DNA from: the human T2T-CHM13v2.0 reference genome, Homo sapiens
Assembly: GCF_009914755.1 (NCBI RefSeq)
Contig: NC_060935.1
DNA length: 64,000 nucleotides
Strand: one strand, 5' to 3'
Shown: positions 13,000-29,263 of the stretch, piece after piece
Layout of the letters: each line of letters opens with the position of its first letter
How positions within the stretch are numbered: the first letter of the stretch is position 1
Notes under the pieces: model-generated
What the model was told of the DNA's origin: nothing
Seen by the model: only the letters and a program-made list of their open reading frames with translations
Database searches by the model: none
Translations under genes and position numbers: made by a program

Positions 13000-15764
13000 C
13001 ATGGCATATCACTTTTTCATCCTTGTAGTTTCAATCTATTTGTATCTTTGAATCCTTGTAAATAGCATATGGTTGTGTCAGGTCTTTTATGCATTCTTTT
13101 AATTTCTGCCTTTTGATTAGGATGTTTAATTTACTTACATTTAATGTAATTACTGAAAGGTAGACTACATATCTGCTATTTTGCTCTTTGCTTTCTATAT
13201 TCCTGATAAATTTTTTTTGGATCCTTTATTACTTCATTACTGCCTTTTTTTGTATTAAATACAGATTTTCTAGGGTGACATTTAAATTCCCTTGTACCTT
13301 CTTTCACTAAATTTTTCCCAGGTGTTTTCTTAATCTGTGCTTTGGGGATTACAATAAATATCTTAATTTATGAAATCTAATTTGGATTAATAACAATGTA
13401 ACTTCAGTAGTGTACAAAATCTTTGTCATTATATAGATTTATTGTGTCCCTGCTTTTGTGCTATTATTGTTTCATCTTTATACTCTTTAAGCCCATCAGC
13501 ACAGTTTTAGTCTAATTGAGGACTCCTTAGATGAGTCATTTTTCTTTGCTGCTTTCCAAGGTTCTTTATCTTTGGCTTTCAGCAGTTTTACTGTGGTGTG
13601 TCTGGGTATGGGTCTCTGAGTTTATCCTTTTAGGAATTCATTGAGCTGACTGGATTTATGTTTTTTATCAAATTTGGGGAGTTTTGGGTCATTATTTCTT
13701 CAAATATTCTTTCTCCTTTATTCTCTCATCTCGTCAGTGACTTTGGTAATGTGTATGTCAGGACACTTGATGGTGTTTCCTGGGTCTTTTAGGCTGTTTA
13801 TTTTTAACATTCTTTTTTTTGTTGTCAGACTGAGACATCACAATTGACATGTCTTAAAGTTCACTGCTTTTTTATTTTCCTGGTTCAAATCTTCTGTTGA
13901 ACCCCTCTACTAAATTTTTCTTTTATTATACTTTTCAACTCCCAAATTTCTATTTGCTTGTTTTTAAAAAATATTTCTATTTCTTTATTGATATACTCTA
14001 TTTGATGAGGCATTGTTCTCATACTGTCCTTTCATACTTTATACATGATTTCTTTTAGTCCTTTGAACATATTTATAATAGCTTATTTAATTTTTTTTTT
14101 TACTTAGTCTAATGTCTGAGCTTTTAAGGACAATTTCTACTGACTACTCTTTTTGTTTGTGTATAGGCTATACTTTGTTGTTTCTTTGCTTGTCCTGTGA
14201 TTTTTTTTGTTGAAAACTGGACATTTTAAATGGTGTGGTACCTCCAAACCACTGACACCCCTTCCTCAGGGTTTTGTGTTGTTGCTGTTTGTTGTTGCTG
14301 TTTTTGTTGTTGTTGTTATTGTTGTTCAGGGAGTTTCCTGTACTGCTATCAAGTTTGTGTTCTTTATTGTTTTTGCTACTGAATTGTCTCGTAATTTAGC
14401 TTATTGGTCAGCTAATGATAAGACAGAGATTTTCTTAAACTCTTTGAACCACTAAGTCTCTCAGCCTTTGCTAATGGCCTCTGGGTGTGTGTTAGGGTAT
14501 ACCTTCAATGCTTTTGCAGGCAGTTTACAACTCTGTCCTAGCCTTCACTTCCTGCTTATGTAGAGCTTCAAGATTAGCTGGAGGTAAGAGACTAGACCCC
14601 GTTCATTTCTTTCTTGAGCATACTCACGGCTCTTATGTGCTTGACCTTGTAGAGTCCCAGGAATACTCATCTAGAGCTTATTAAAGCCTCCTAAGGGCAT
14701 CTTCTTCCCCATTTTTTCCTTTTAAGCTTTTTAGTTAGCCTCTTTTTAATTCCCAATTGGTAATACTGTCTTCAGAAGTTACAGTGATAAGCCTTTGCTA
14801 ATTTTTATTCACTATTTTCAGTAAATGCCTTGGCTGGCTATAAGGCTGTCTATATCATGAACCAAGTCAGGCTATGTAAAGACAAGAGCTGATAATGCAG
14901 CCTTCCTGTGAGCCCCCAGACAGGTCAGGCTTTTTGGGAACTCCAGACCTATTCTGTCCTCTCCAGTGGCTGCCAGGCTGCTGTTTTTCACAGCTATTGT
15001 AGATGTGAGGCTGTGGGTTTCCAAGGCTACCACAGAGCTAGAGAGAGGGGGATGGGATTAGGGCAAATGAAAACATCACAAAGCTGGCTATTTTTGCCAA
15101 GATTCAGCCATTGTTCTTGAGTAAATGTGCCTTGGATTTTTGCAACCCTTTATTTCATTTGCAGAATTCTGAAAAAGTTGATTTTGAGGATTTTTGTCAG
15201 TGTTTTTCTTGCTTTTATGGATAAGTATATTTTTAGAGTTCCTAGAAATGCTTCCAATTAATATTAACTTTGTAAACTTTATTATAGGCATTTTCCAACC
15301 TACACGAAAGAACAGTTAATGCTGATATGACCTCCCCACGTGCCCTCACCAACTTCAATATTACTTACCTACATTTGCCAACCTCTCCTTAGCTATCTAC
15401 TCACTACTTTTTTTTCCCCCTGGAATATCCCAGATGTCGGATTTTAGCTATGTTTCATTTATGATTTTTTTTTTTTTTTTGTAAACAACATTAAGGTGGA
15501 TGAGGATGTTTTGCTGAACCTTTGTTGCTGCTCCAAGGGAGGATGTGACCCATGGCTCTGGTGCTTCTGAACTAGTGGCCCTGTGCTTCCCCATGCCTTG
15601 GGAGGGCTTAGTTCTTTACCCATTTTCTCTAGCTGAGCTGCCATGCAACTTTCAGTGGGATAGCTCATTGCAGTATCCTTTGGCCTTTACTTGATAAGAA
15701 TGTCCTTTATTTAGTTCCTTTACTCCTCTTTTCTCCTTGATCCTCCGTTTCTTTTTGCTCTTGA

Positions 15765-16123
<359 letters not shown>

Positions 16124-16609
16124 AGAATTTATTTTTAGTTATCAGAAATGAAAACACAAAATTAAAAAAAATCTTCTTATAAATTCTCAGACTCTATAAG
16201 ATTGAATTAGATTCAAATATTTAAATCATTTCTACTAGTTGATGAAGTTTGTGCATTTGTGGATGTATTAGTTGGTACAACCTTTCAGGAGGGCTATTTC
16301 ATGATAGCTATCAAAAATACAAATTTTGACTTAATAATTCTTCTAAGACTGCATCCTACCAATGGTATTGTGCAGTTCTGAAAAAGTAATAAATACATGC
16401 TTATTTATATGTGTGTGTGTTTAAGAATGTTTCTGGAAATAACTAAAGTGCCCACCAATAGCTGTTAAGTGGAAAGATGTCTAAGATACATTGCCAATGA
16501 TAAAATTTTAAATTGTGGGACAGTAAGATACACTGTTAATGGAAAAAGTTAAGTAATACAACAGCATTTATATCATGATCCAAATTATATGTGAAAAATT
16601 AAATTGCCT

Positions 16610-17112
16610 CTGTCAGTTTAGAACTATATTAGGTTGCTGGTAATAGACTAGAAATAAAAATTGCTTAACCAAGTCAGGAGTTTAGTTTTCTCCCCCTTGC
16701 TGCCTGGAGGTAGGCTGTCTTGGGCTGGTATGTTGGTGTCCTGATGTTCTTGGGGATCCAGGTTTCTGTCTTAATGTTCTGCCATCCTGACTAGTGATTT
16801 CCATTCTCAAGATTACCTCATGGTTCAAGACATCCATACTAGCCTTCAAGTCCTTATTGCAGTTAAGAAGAATAAGGAAAGACAGCAAGTAGGACCTCTT
16901 CCCACCAATTCTGTCTGTTTAGGCAGCCTTCTCAGAAATCCAGCACGAAACTTCTGTTTTTATCTCATTGACTAGTACTTAGTCACGTGACTTCCCATAG
17001 GTGCAAAAATGGTAGAGAAGTGCAGTCATTTATTCTGGGTGGTGTCAGAGTCCCACTGCTCAGGAGGAAAGGGATAATGGGTGTTGGGGGTAGGTGTAGC
17101 AGTGTCTGTCAC
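16610..17112. mobile_element. Old MaLR LTR (MLT1-like)
   Basis: Recalled MLT1 motifs: GCTTAACCAAG, CCTCATGGTTCAAGA, ATCTCATTGACTAGTACTTAGTCAC, GCAGTGTCTGTCAC end. Confidence 0.6.
16981..16992. promoter_or_regulatory. 12-bp palindrome AGTCACGTGACT containing the CLEAR/E-box GTCACGTGAC (motif only)
   Basis: Read directly; function unproven. Confidence 0.4.
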
Positions 17113-19352
17113 TATGTACATATGCTTGCGTGTGGTGGCACAGTACATTTCTGAAAGGATGCACAAGAGCTGTTAGCCACTGGGCACTCTGCAGGGTAGA
17201 GTGGGAGGAGGGATGTGGAGATCAGAGCAGAGCTTCTGCATTTACCTTATACCCATCTGTGCTGTTGGATATTTTCCATGAGTATGCTTTGCTTTTTAAT
17301 AATAGTGATAAAAAACAAACCAACCCAAAACCTATGGTTTATTAAGAAAAATCTCAGAGCCTTACAATACATCTTATAATCACTAGTGTGCCATAGTTTA
17401 ATTGTTAATATATTTCTTGGTGGAAGTAAAACAATACAGTAACTCTTTAAAAATCCATTAAGAATGAACCTGAATTGTCCAGGTTTAGGAATAATTCTCC
17501 AAGAAGGTAGTGGGATCGATGCATTTTGAGATTTTTTTTTTGATGATTGTAGTATTCTGTGATTTTTGCATTTATGAGGTAAGACTGACCTGTGAAATAT
17601 ATTCTTAATACTCAGGCCTCCCAGCAGCAATCGTTAAGTATTTTTAACTAATGATGGGCCTGGGTGTCATTGAGAAATCACTCTTTTTAAAGTTATACTC
17701 ACAGTTGGAAGTCGTAAAAAACAAAGCATAAAAATGTATATTTCATTGATATGTTCCTCTATATATTCACAAAAATGTATGTGTATAGGCTGACTTAAAC
17801 TAATCATCTGACATAGCCATGACATTTTATCAACTTAATGAAGGCTTTTGGAATTTATATGTAACAATTTTGCTGGGAACTGTTTTCTTATTCAGTTAAT
17901 ATGCTTTTACATTTTTAATAGATCCATCATTTCCTACGGCCCTATGTTTAGTACAAGCTATTAATATGGTTTTCAGGTTTCCATTTTGGTGGGCAGTCTT
18001 TCGTACCTCTCTGCCTGATTTCTTTAAAACAAACTACTTTTAACCATTTGTTCAGTGGTGATTTGAATGTCTGCTGCTCAAATGGATTAAAAGTAACTTT
18101 GTCTTTATCAGCTGGGTCCTCACAGTATTTATGGGGCATGTTTGAGCACAGGGTACTGAATCGTTATATTGCAGATAAAATAAATGGATATGTTCCTTAC
18201 TCTATAGGAAGTTAATATCTATAATAAACAGCAACCTAGTCAAGGATAAGTGAAGCCAAAGTAACCCCTCTGGCTGGGAATCCCAACATCTCAATATGTT
18301 TAATAGTCATTTGTATGATTATGTCCACATGAGGGTATGCCTCCCTGTGTCTTTCCTGATAGATATGCAACATTTGCCTTCAGCTTCTGGCCATGTTCTT
18401 TTAGAGCTGGAAGAAACCACACAGAGTTTTTATAATAGTTCTTATCCTTTTTTGAGTGGTGGACTTTCTTGAGAATCTGATAAAACGTACGGAGCCTCCA
18501 TAGCAAAATAAATGAGTGTATATAAAAAAATTTGCATATATGTTTACAGGGTTGCTGGACCATTTAAACCCATCTACAGGGAAGTCTTGATCCAAATAAG
18601 CTTCTCCTTTTGTATATGAATAAACTGAAAGCTAGAGAGATTTCTATCATTTTCTCAGTTGGTAGAGCTAGCTCTTAATCTATGCTTTTATACACATTTC
18701 CAAGATTCTTGCTGTGACTTAAAAATCTCTAAAATGCAATGTGATGTGGTCAACATCATGTTGAATACTCTACCAATGAATATGTATTCTAGCAAAAGAC
18801 CTTCCTCAATGAGATTATTCAGAGATGGAAAACCAGAATCAATGAAGATTCTCTCAAGTCTTGGTGCAAATTAAAACCTTGTGACTGGAGCATCCTTGTA
18901 ATCTAAAAATAGGAGTAGAAAGAAGAAAAGAACATGTTTTGTGTGCATGGTGTGTGGCTGATCTCACCCTTTAGTGGTTTGGGGGCCGTAGGCTCCTCCC
19001 TGCGTGTTTCTTCAGCCTCATCACACAATCCTCTTTCTATCTCTTACTCTGTTGAAGTGTTGGCAGCCTCCAAAAACCTCCTCTAGTCCAAGTTCTACCA
19101 TCATACCATTTCCTTATCTAATATCCATGGAGTGTCTAGTGTCTGTTGCAAACCGGGTATCTAAGATGAAGCAGTACAACCCAAACTGCCCAGTGATGGC
19201 AGACATTGCAAAAACATGAATTTGCAATCACAGTCTCTATTTTGTGTTTCCAGTAGAACTGGAAGAATCTGACTCTTCTATTTTTATTTTTGCTGCTTTT
19301 GAATGACTGTAATGTGGCACCATTAATTTTTTTTTCTCCTCTTCCTTGGCAG

Positions 19353-19454
19353 CATCTCTTGGGCAGTGAACAGCAGTCTTCTGTCCAGCTCTGGGTCTCC
19401 TTTGGCCGGAAGCCCATGAGAGCAGCCCAGTTTGTCACAAGACATCCTATTAAT
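19353..19454 (+). CDS. SORL1: SORL1 exon 7, 102 nt: [34 protein letters not shown]
   Basis: Pyrimidine tract + ggcAG; GTGAGT donor at 19455; phase 0-0, continuous with neighbours. Confidence 0.96.
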
Positions 19455-20501
19455 GTGAGTGGGGTCTGCTTGAGGATGGGAAGAAGTATCATTGTCTTTA
19501 TGCAGAGGTCAGAGGAAGGTTGTTGCAGGGATGGCCTGCTGGAGTGGATATTTTATGGCGCCTCCCTGAAGTCAGGTCTCTAGAGAGTGCAGCTATGCTT
19601 TGGGCATCGTGGTCTGTGGTTCCCACTTCACTGAAGCAGAGCTGAACGAGAGACTTAGTTTGCTTTAAGTGGAGCAGCACTGGCAGAGAGAGGTTCGAGC
19701 CAGAGTCAGTGCCATCTGAGCAACGTGCCAGTACTGAAGCAATGGGAAGTTTGTGCATGATAGGATCTTTTTTTATTAAGTAACTGCTGGATTGCTTGCA
19801 GGGGATGAATTCCAGCAGAGGATAGGATTTGGGTCCCACCTTTTAGAAACAGGCTGGAGAGACTAAAAACTGAGTAGCAGAAGAAACCAGACATAAGCAA
19901 ATGCTTAAATATGCAGCTTTATAACATGAAGATGGATAGGAAAAGTCTGCATGGGATGGGTCATTAGAGGAGCTGCCACAGGGAGACGGTCACAGTGAAA
20001 CGTCTTGACATTGGCAGGTGGTTTGGTGAAAGGTAAGTAGCTCACTTACTTACCTTCCACCAAATGAGTGGGATCATACGGAGAACAGTCATGCCAGTCC
20101 TTTGCTAGTTTCTATGGATTCTGCTTTCCTTTGGTCACCTTAGGAAAAATAAAGGGAAGTGCATTAACCCGTATTGTACTTTGTACGAATGAAAGTTCTC
20201 ATGGGAAAATGAGGGAGACATTATTAACGGAAAGAGGTTTGTAGGTCATTTGTGCAGTGCAGTGGCCCATTATTTTGTGCCCCATTTGCCAGTAAGGGGC
20301 CCGCTAAGCTGCAGATCTGCCTCAGGTTCTCCAAAGGGAAAGTCGCCAAAGCTTCTTTGCCAAGGTTAGGGAGCTTCCCGTGGGCTTTAGGCCAACATTC
20401 ATCGCTAGAACATTTGAAAGTCATTGCTTCCGTGTGTATAGTAAAAGCCCACAGGGCACATTTGTTTTTTGACGTATCTTTTTTGACTTTTGATTCCAAA
20501 G

Positions 20502-20671
20502 GAATATTACATCGCAGATGCCTCCGAGGACCAGGTGTTTGTGTGTGTCAGCCACAGTAACAACCGCACCAATTTATACATCTCAGAGGCAGAGGGGCTG
20601 AAGTTCTCCCTGTCCTTGGAGAACGTGCTCTATTACAGCCCAGGAGGGGCCGGCAGTGACACCTTGGTGAG
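20502..20671 (+). CDS. SORL1: SORL1 exon 8, 170 nt: [57 protein letters not shown]
   Basis: ccaaAG acceptor; GTAAGG donor at 20672; frame continuous. Confidence 0.96.
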
Positions 20672-20737
20672 GTAAGGAGACTGTGAGTCCTTCTCCTGCC
20701 TTCTTAGGCCAACACAACCATTAGCTTCTCTCTGGTT

Positions 20738-20920
20738 CTGTGGTTTTCAACATTAGCTGCCCATGTGGATACACCCGGGGAGCTTTCGGAAACCCGATGC
20801 CTGGCTCACGTGCGCAGAGATCACCATGGGATGGGTTTGGGGTGTGGCCAGGTTATGAGGATCTTAAGAAGCGCCCTAGGTGATTCTTACGTGCAGCCAA
20901 GTCTGAGAACTACAGCTCTA
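20738..20920. mobile_element. MER5-like hAT remnant just downstream of exon 8
   Basis: TGGTTTTCAAC...CCCTAGGTGATTCTTACGTGCAGCCAAGTCTGAGAACTAC. Confidence 0.65.
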
Positions 20921-21464
20921 GGTAACATTTAGGGTCCGAGCTACTGTGTTAATCACTTCCTTGAGCTGCTTTTGTTCAGTTTTCTGGTTTTGTGGTTTCT
21001 GAGCAGTGAAAAACAGCACTTGGTAAATATCAGTCAGTGAGAGCTGGCATATGCGGCCAGTGGATCAGGTTAATTGATGTCATTACTCTTTTTAAGAGAT
21101 AATCGGACGGTGTTTTGTAAAGAAAGGCACCAACGTCATTGATCCTTTGTCTGTAAATCATGTGTTTAGAGCTGTTTTGTAGTCCAGCAGTGGGCGGTCT
21201 CGGAGCACCACACCCATCAAGGGGTGGTGGAGGAGTTGGGGGTTTGGGAGGGATGAATTGGTTCTTAAGATCCGTTCAGGGCCATTTATTCTGATTTGTC
21301 GTTTGACAACCAGACTTGTGTGACCTGTGTGGCTGTGGTTAGAGTCCCCTCTGCTCTTGGAAAGAGTCTCCCGTGTGAAGCTGACTGGTCTGGGGTGGGG
21401 TCTGGCTCTCCAGCCATGACAACCAGGTCTGAGGGCATGCCCCTGTGCCCACTGTTTCTGGGCA

Positions 21465-22870
<1,406 letters not shown>

Positions 22871-23121
22871 ATGTGCCCAGCCTTCTACCTGGCCTCTGAC
22901 AGTGCTTTTCCACTTCCTGTTTCTTCTCTTTTGGAGGTGCTGTCATCTTTTATTCCTTTCCTCCCCTGACATAGACTCATGGATTAATTATTATTTAATG
23001 TGTTATAAACCATTCCTGCCATGATACATTTTGATGCTCAGCTTGTCCTGGTTTGGTCAGTGGCGGACCCTACCTCCTTCTGTTTGGTTCTTGTCGTTTT
23101 TTATTGAAAAAATTATTTACT

Positions 23122-23800
<679 letters not shown>

Positions 23801-25266
23801 TTTAAAAATAATTAAAATAATGAATCACTATCCCTCAGACCTTTCACTGACTCTTTAATTTTTCTTTTTTCACCATTGAAAGCCCCTGGCTGTGGAATGG
23901 AAAAGTCACAGCTTGCTAAATATTTTCTCGTCTTCCTCATTTGTCAGATATTCAGGGTGAATGTTTCATGCTGGGACAGAGTATGAGCCAGAAGCCAGAG
24001 CGATGGCCCTTTACAGAGTCATGAAGGCCTCCCCTCCTTGCCTGAGCGCACAGTCCAGTGAAGAAACTGGAAATAGATTCACGTCAAGAGTCATAGGCCA
24101 ACGTCCCACTCAGTTTTCTCATTGTTCTCAGATTTTATCTGAGGACTAGAGAGGTTCCATTATACTCAGTTGAGTGATGTTTTGTCATCTGCATCTCAAT
24201 CTCAGCCAGGTGAAATGGGATAAAGGTGAATTAGCACATCGTGTGGGCAGGCTGGTTTAGAGTAAACTGCTATGTGAAATGAGCAAGTCTTTGAACTGAA
24301 TAGGAAAGAGTGGTGTCTGGGAACTGCTTCTGATTTACTCAGAGACATGGAGAAAGAGCTCTTTCTAGGGAATGACCCTGGCCCTGGTGGGATGTGCCAG
24401 GTGGGAGTCTCATGGAAAGCACTAGCTAGATGTTGGATGCTTTGGAGGAACTAATGTGCTGAGGAGATGTCAGCCCCGTGGGTCACCTTAGGGAGGGGCA
24501 TGGGCCCAGTTGGTGGGGGTATTGCCAGGGCATGGATTCTGCACTGAGTGGGGCTATAGGGGACCTGGTGAGCTTCCTGGTAAGCCTTGGCCCAGGGCAC
24601 TCTGGGAAGAAGGGGAGAAGTGCCCTGGGGAGGGCCAGTGAGGATAAAATGGAAGAAAGTAGACCCTCAGAGAAAGTACTTAGGGTGGGGCAGATTGTTG
24701 CAGGGCAGGTCAAGTGGGGGAAAGGAAAGGATGGGCTGGGACTTCTGGTGAAGGAGCATGTGAGGTACAGGAAGACAGGCTTCTGCTTAGAAGTAAAAGA
24801 TAAAACTCCAGGAATCCGACTCGGGAAAGAAACAGGGCTCATCTAAATGAGAGAAACTCAGGCCTCCCAGATATCTAGAAGAAGCCCATAACCAGTGGGA
24901 TGACAGGTTTATGATGATAACCCTCAGAGAGGTAGAGCAGAGGTCAGCAGAGAAGGAGGAATCGAGACCTTCAGCTGGTTCCTAAGGAAGCCCCTGAAAA
25001 ATAACTGAACTAGACCTAAGGAAACCACATGTCAGAGAATTTGGTCTCAACTCCAGCATTTCATTCGGCACTCTGCTCAGTCCCTCAGCCTGAAGCTGCT
25101 TTGGTGGGGCTCCTAGTGTTCCTTTTCCTGCCTCAGAGGTTGGTGTTTGGGTCTTTCTGTCTGAGGTGGCAGGGCAGTCATCCAGCTGAAGAGATTGTGT
25201 GGAGATGGTTGATGGAGGACAGCGTTTCTCGGCTTTATTGTGTAGCCGGTGGCTTAGAACCCCTGA

Positions 25267-25595
<329 letters not shown>

Positions 25596-25757
25596 AAGCT
25601 TCCAGTCTTAACAGCCACCTATGAACCCTGGTTACAATTTCTCAGAGATCCGCTCTATTTGTAATGCGTGTATCATTTTAGCGCAAAACCACTTCCCTGT
25701 GGCTGTGGCATCAGGGTATCCGCATGGTAGATAAAGCCTGGGAAACCCATATTCTCT

Positions 25758-25867
25758 CTCTCTTTTTTTTTTTTTGAGACGGAGTCTCGCTCTGTCGCCC
25801 AGGCTGGTTGGAGTGCAGTGGCGCGATCTCGGCTCACTGCAAGCTCCGCGTCCCGGGTTCATGCCGT
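25758..25867 (-). mobile_element. 5'-truncated AluY (~110 bp)
   Basis: CpG-rich right-arm end with CTGCAAGCTCCG; TSD CCATATTCTCT at 25747-25757 and 25868-25878. Confidence 0.92.
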
Positions 25868-26302
25868 CCATATTCTCTTAAGAATATAACCCCAAGCTTT
25901 CTAGAGCCATCCTTGCTATATGTACAGTTTCTTTAGGAAAGAATCGACAGGTTCTGCTGAGCTTCCTGACAGAAAACCCTGTGGGCTTCTATCTGATCAG
26001 GGTGTTGGATAATTAGGTTGTAAGTACCTGGAGAGGGGCTGTGTAACCCTGAGCTAGGTTCCTACAGATTGGGTTGAATTTTAAGCCTCAGCACTGTTAT
26101 TAATGTCTTGCAAGTCTGACTTAATGATTTCTGTTTTTGAAGGCTCACTGGAGGATTTGGAGTCAATTTCGTTAGTGATGTAATAGATGTGACTCTTTCG
26201 TCAACTTTTGTATGTTATATTCATCATTCTAAACCCCCTGTTAGGAATTGTTGGTCAGACAAGCCTTTTGACCCTAAAAGTTGAAAAGAAACAAATTTTT
26301 TA

Positions 26303-26618
<316 letters not shown>

Positions 26619-26619
26619 G

Positions 26620-26960
26620 GAATGAAGTTCTAACAATGTGCTATAATGTGGATGAACCTTGAAAGCATTATGCTAAGTGAAAGTAACCAGATACAAAAGA
26701 CCACATATTGCAGATTCCATTTATATGAAATGTCTAGATAGGCCAATTCATAAACACATGGAGCAGATGAGTGGTTTCCAGGGCTTGGGAAGGGAAGAGG
26801 AAATGGAGAGTGACTGCCAGTGGGTATGAGGTTTCCTTTTGGAATGATGAAATGTTCTGGAACTAGATAGTAATGATAGTTGCACAACATTGTGAATGTG
26901 CTTAATGCCACAAAATTGTATACTTTTAAATGGTCAAATTTTATGTTATTTACAATAACA
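26620..26960 (+). mobile_element. L1MB-like 3' end fragment next to the exon 9 acceptor
   Basis: GGATGAACCTTGAAAGCATTATGCTAAGTGAAAG...TTGCACAACATTGTGAATGTGCTTAATGCCAC. Confidence 0.8.
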
Positions 26961-27006
26961 AGCAAATACCAATTCAGGTTCATAGCTGTTTATTTTCATA
27001 TTGTAG

Positions 27007-27199
27007 GTATTTTGCAAATGAACCATTTGCTGACTTCCACCGAGTGGAAGGATTGCAAGGAGTCTACATTGCTACTCTGATTAATGGTTCTATGAATGAG
27101 GAGAACATGAGATCGGTCATCACCTTTGACAAAGGGGGAACCTGGGAGTTTCTTCAGGCTCCAGCCTTCACGGGATATGGAGAGAAAATCAATTGTGAG
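27007..27199 (+). CDS. SORL1: SORL1 exon 9, 193 nt: [64 protein letters not shown]
   Basis: ttgtAG acceptor; GTATTG donor at 27200; Asp-box ITFDKGGTW typical of VPS10P. Confidence 0.97.
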
Positions 27200-28933
27200 G
27201 TATTGATGCTTTAATCTTCTTTTGCTTTTTAATATAAAGGAAAGAGCCCTGCTCTGTGGTAGTTTCCTATGTCTAGTATTTATTGAAAAAATACAAGATC
27301 ACATGGTATTCTATTAATATCACATGGAGCAGACTTCTATTTGTGTTGCTACACTTGCAGTTCCCAAACTCTGCTCCAAGGTCTTGCTACCACTTCTGGG
27401 CAGAAGCAACTCAGAAAAAAAAAAAAAAGTAGTATTCGTTTTTAGTACTACTTGTTTAGTTAGACCATTACTTGGTCTTTTGGATTTTTGAATTTTGTTT
27501 GTCCATGGTGGGCTATGTGGACACTCCCCTATATAATGTATCTGTGGCCCTTGGGAAAATTCTTTTGGAGACTCTTACCTTAGAATTTACTTCTTGGTTT
27601 TTCTTCTCTATTTGGCAATGGGTCTTGGCTTACCACATCAAATCTAATTTTGGAAAGAGGCAGCCTATAAATGGATATAGACAAATATCTGGGTACTTCC
27701 TCTTCCCTCAATAGTGTCTTCTACAGCAGCTTGGTGAGATCCTGGGATAGTTGGGGCTTGGGTGTTTTTGAGCGTGCTGTGGGGGTCAGGCTTTAGTTAA
27801 ATCGAATTAATGGTATCATTCAAATTCAGCTTTCTGTTTCCCTGACTAATCAGTTTATTTATGAACTGTCGTTCATCAGCTTTAGGTATAGGTTTCTTCT
27901 TCTGAGTTTAGGTGGTGGAAGGAATGTATAGGAAATGGGTAAGTCTGATTACCTGAGGTTACAGAAACTCTTCAATGAATAGACTTCCTTGCAGGCAGAG
28001 AAGCATGAGTCAGAAAGAGGAGTGAGCAAATAAATATTTCTTTGAGACCCAGCCTAATTTGTTCCAGTTTTCATTGGTCAAACTGAGACTCTAGCAAGAC
28101 AGATACTTGTTAGAGATCCTTTTATGACAAAAATAAGTAGCAAATAATCCAGCAAACCTTGCTACCATTTTTACCTGACCATAACCACATAAGCACATAG
28201 TCCTCCTGTGCAGAACCCTGGCCACATCTGAGTAACATTGAACAAGCTCTTTCTGACCAGGAGAACTGAGTGTGACCATATGGCAAAGGGTGTTGTCCTG
28301 ATTGCTTGCAGAGCTATGAAAATCTGGACATGAGTGATGGAGGCCAGACTGAATCGCTTGAAGCCTTGCCCTGTATACCTACACCTTTGTGCAAATGTAA
28401 AATACATAGGAAAAAATTTAGTGCTAATCCTTTGCTTTTTATATCTCATTGATACTGTACATCAGGGGAGCTTTTCCATGAGACTTATGACTTCTGATTC
28501 TTGGTCTTTCTTATGACAGAATTGCTGGAATCATGTTTGAAATATGTCTCTGACTTAGAAAGTGAATATGACAAAATCATTTCATTTCTCTTTAGTTCTG
28601 AGTCACTTGAGAGGATCTCTGAGTGATAGGATGAGATGATGACTTTCCCATCTACTTGAGTTGACACTGATTTCTAATTGTTATTCCCTGAGAGTCTCAG
28701 AAGGCCTTTTTAAGTTGTAATTGTTCTCTTCTTCCACGGGACATTTATGTGGGTTCAGATGATCCTCTCTGTCTGGGGGGTGTGGGGACAGCTGGGCTGT
28801 GAGTCTGGTTTCCCCTGGGCCAGGCCTCCTTGCCCCGTGTCAGCTGCACTGCCCTCACACAGGCCGCAGGGTTTACAGGGAACGCTAGGCATGGTATCAT
28901 GTGCTGACACTGCCTGAAACTTTGGTTGTATAG

Positions 28934-29051
28934 CTTTCCCAGGGCTGTTCCCTTCATCTGGCTCAGCGCCTCAGTCAGCTCCTCAACCTCCAGCTCCGGA
29001 GAATGCCCATCCTGTCCAAGGAGTCGGCTCCAGGCCTCATCATCGCCACTG
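28934..29051 (+). CDS. SORL1: SORL1 exon 10, 118 nt: [39 protein letters not shown](G)
   Basis: gtatAG acceptor; GTAAGT donor at 29052; CSLHL and APGLIIATG motifs of the VPS10P family. Confidence 0.95.
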
Positions 29052-29263
29052 GTAAGTGTGCTTGCCTGTTCTCAAAAGGGGTTCAGCTGTCTGGTGATGT
29101 GCAGGCCAAATGCAGAGCGATCACCCACACCTCCAGCAGTAACCACGCTTTGTGGTTTGAAAGCATTCTTAGTTGCTAGATACTACGCAGAATTTCTGGC
29201 TGGGCAAGGTGATTATCTGACATATTCTTGAAATTAAAAATAATTATTTCTCTTGCATTTTAG

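Noticed and set aside
24478-24846. Overlapping ~120-aa ORFs on both strands in a G-rich stretch
   Set aside because: No recognisable homology or splice connection to SORL1; low stop density is expected from the base composition.
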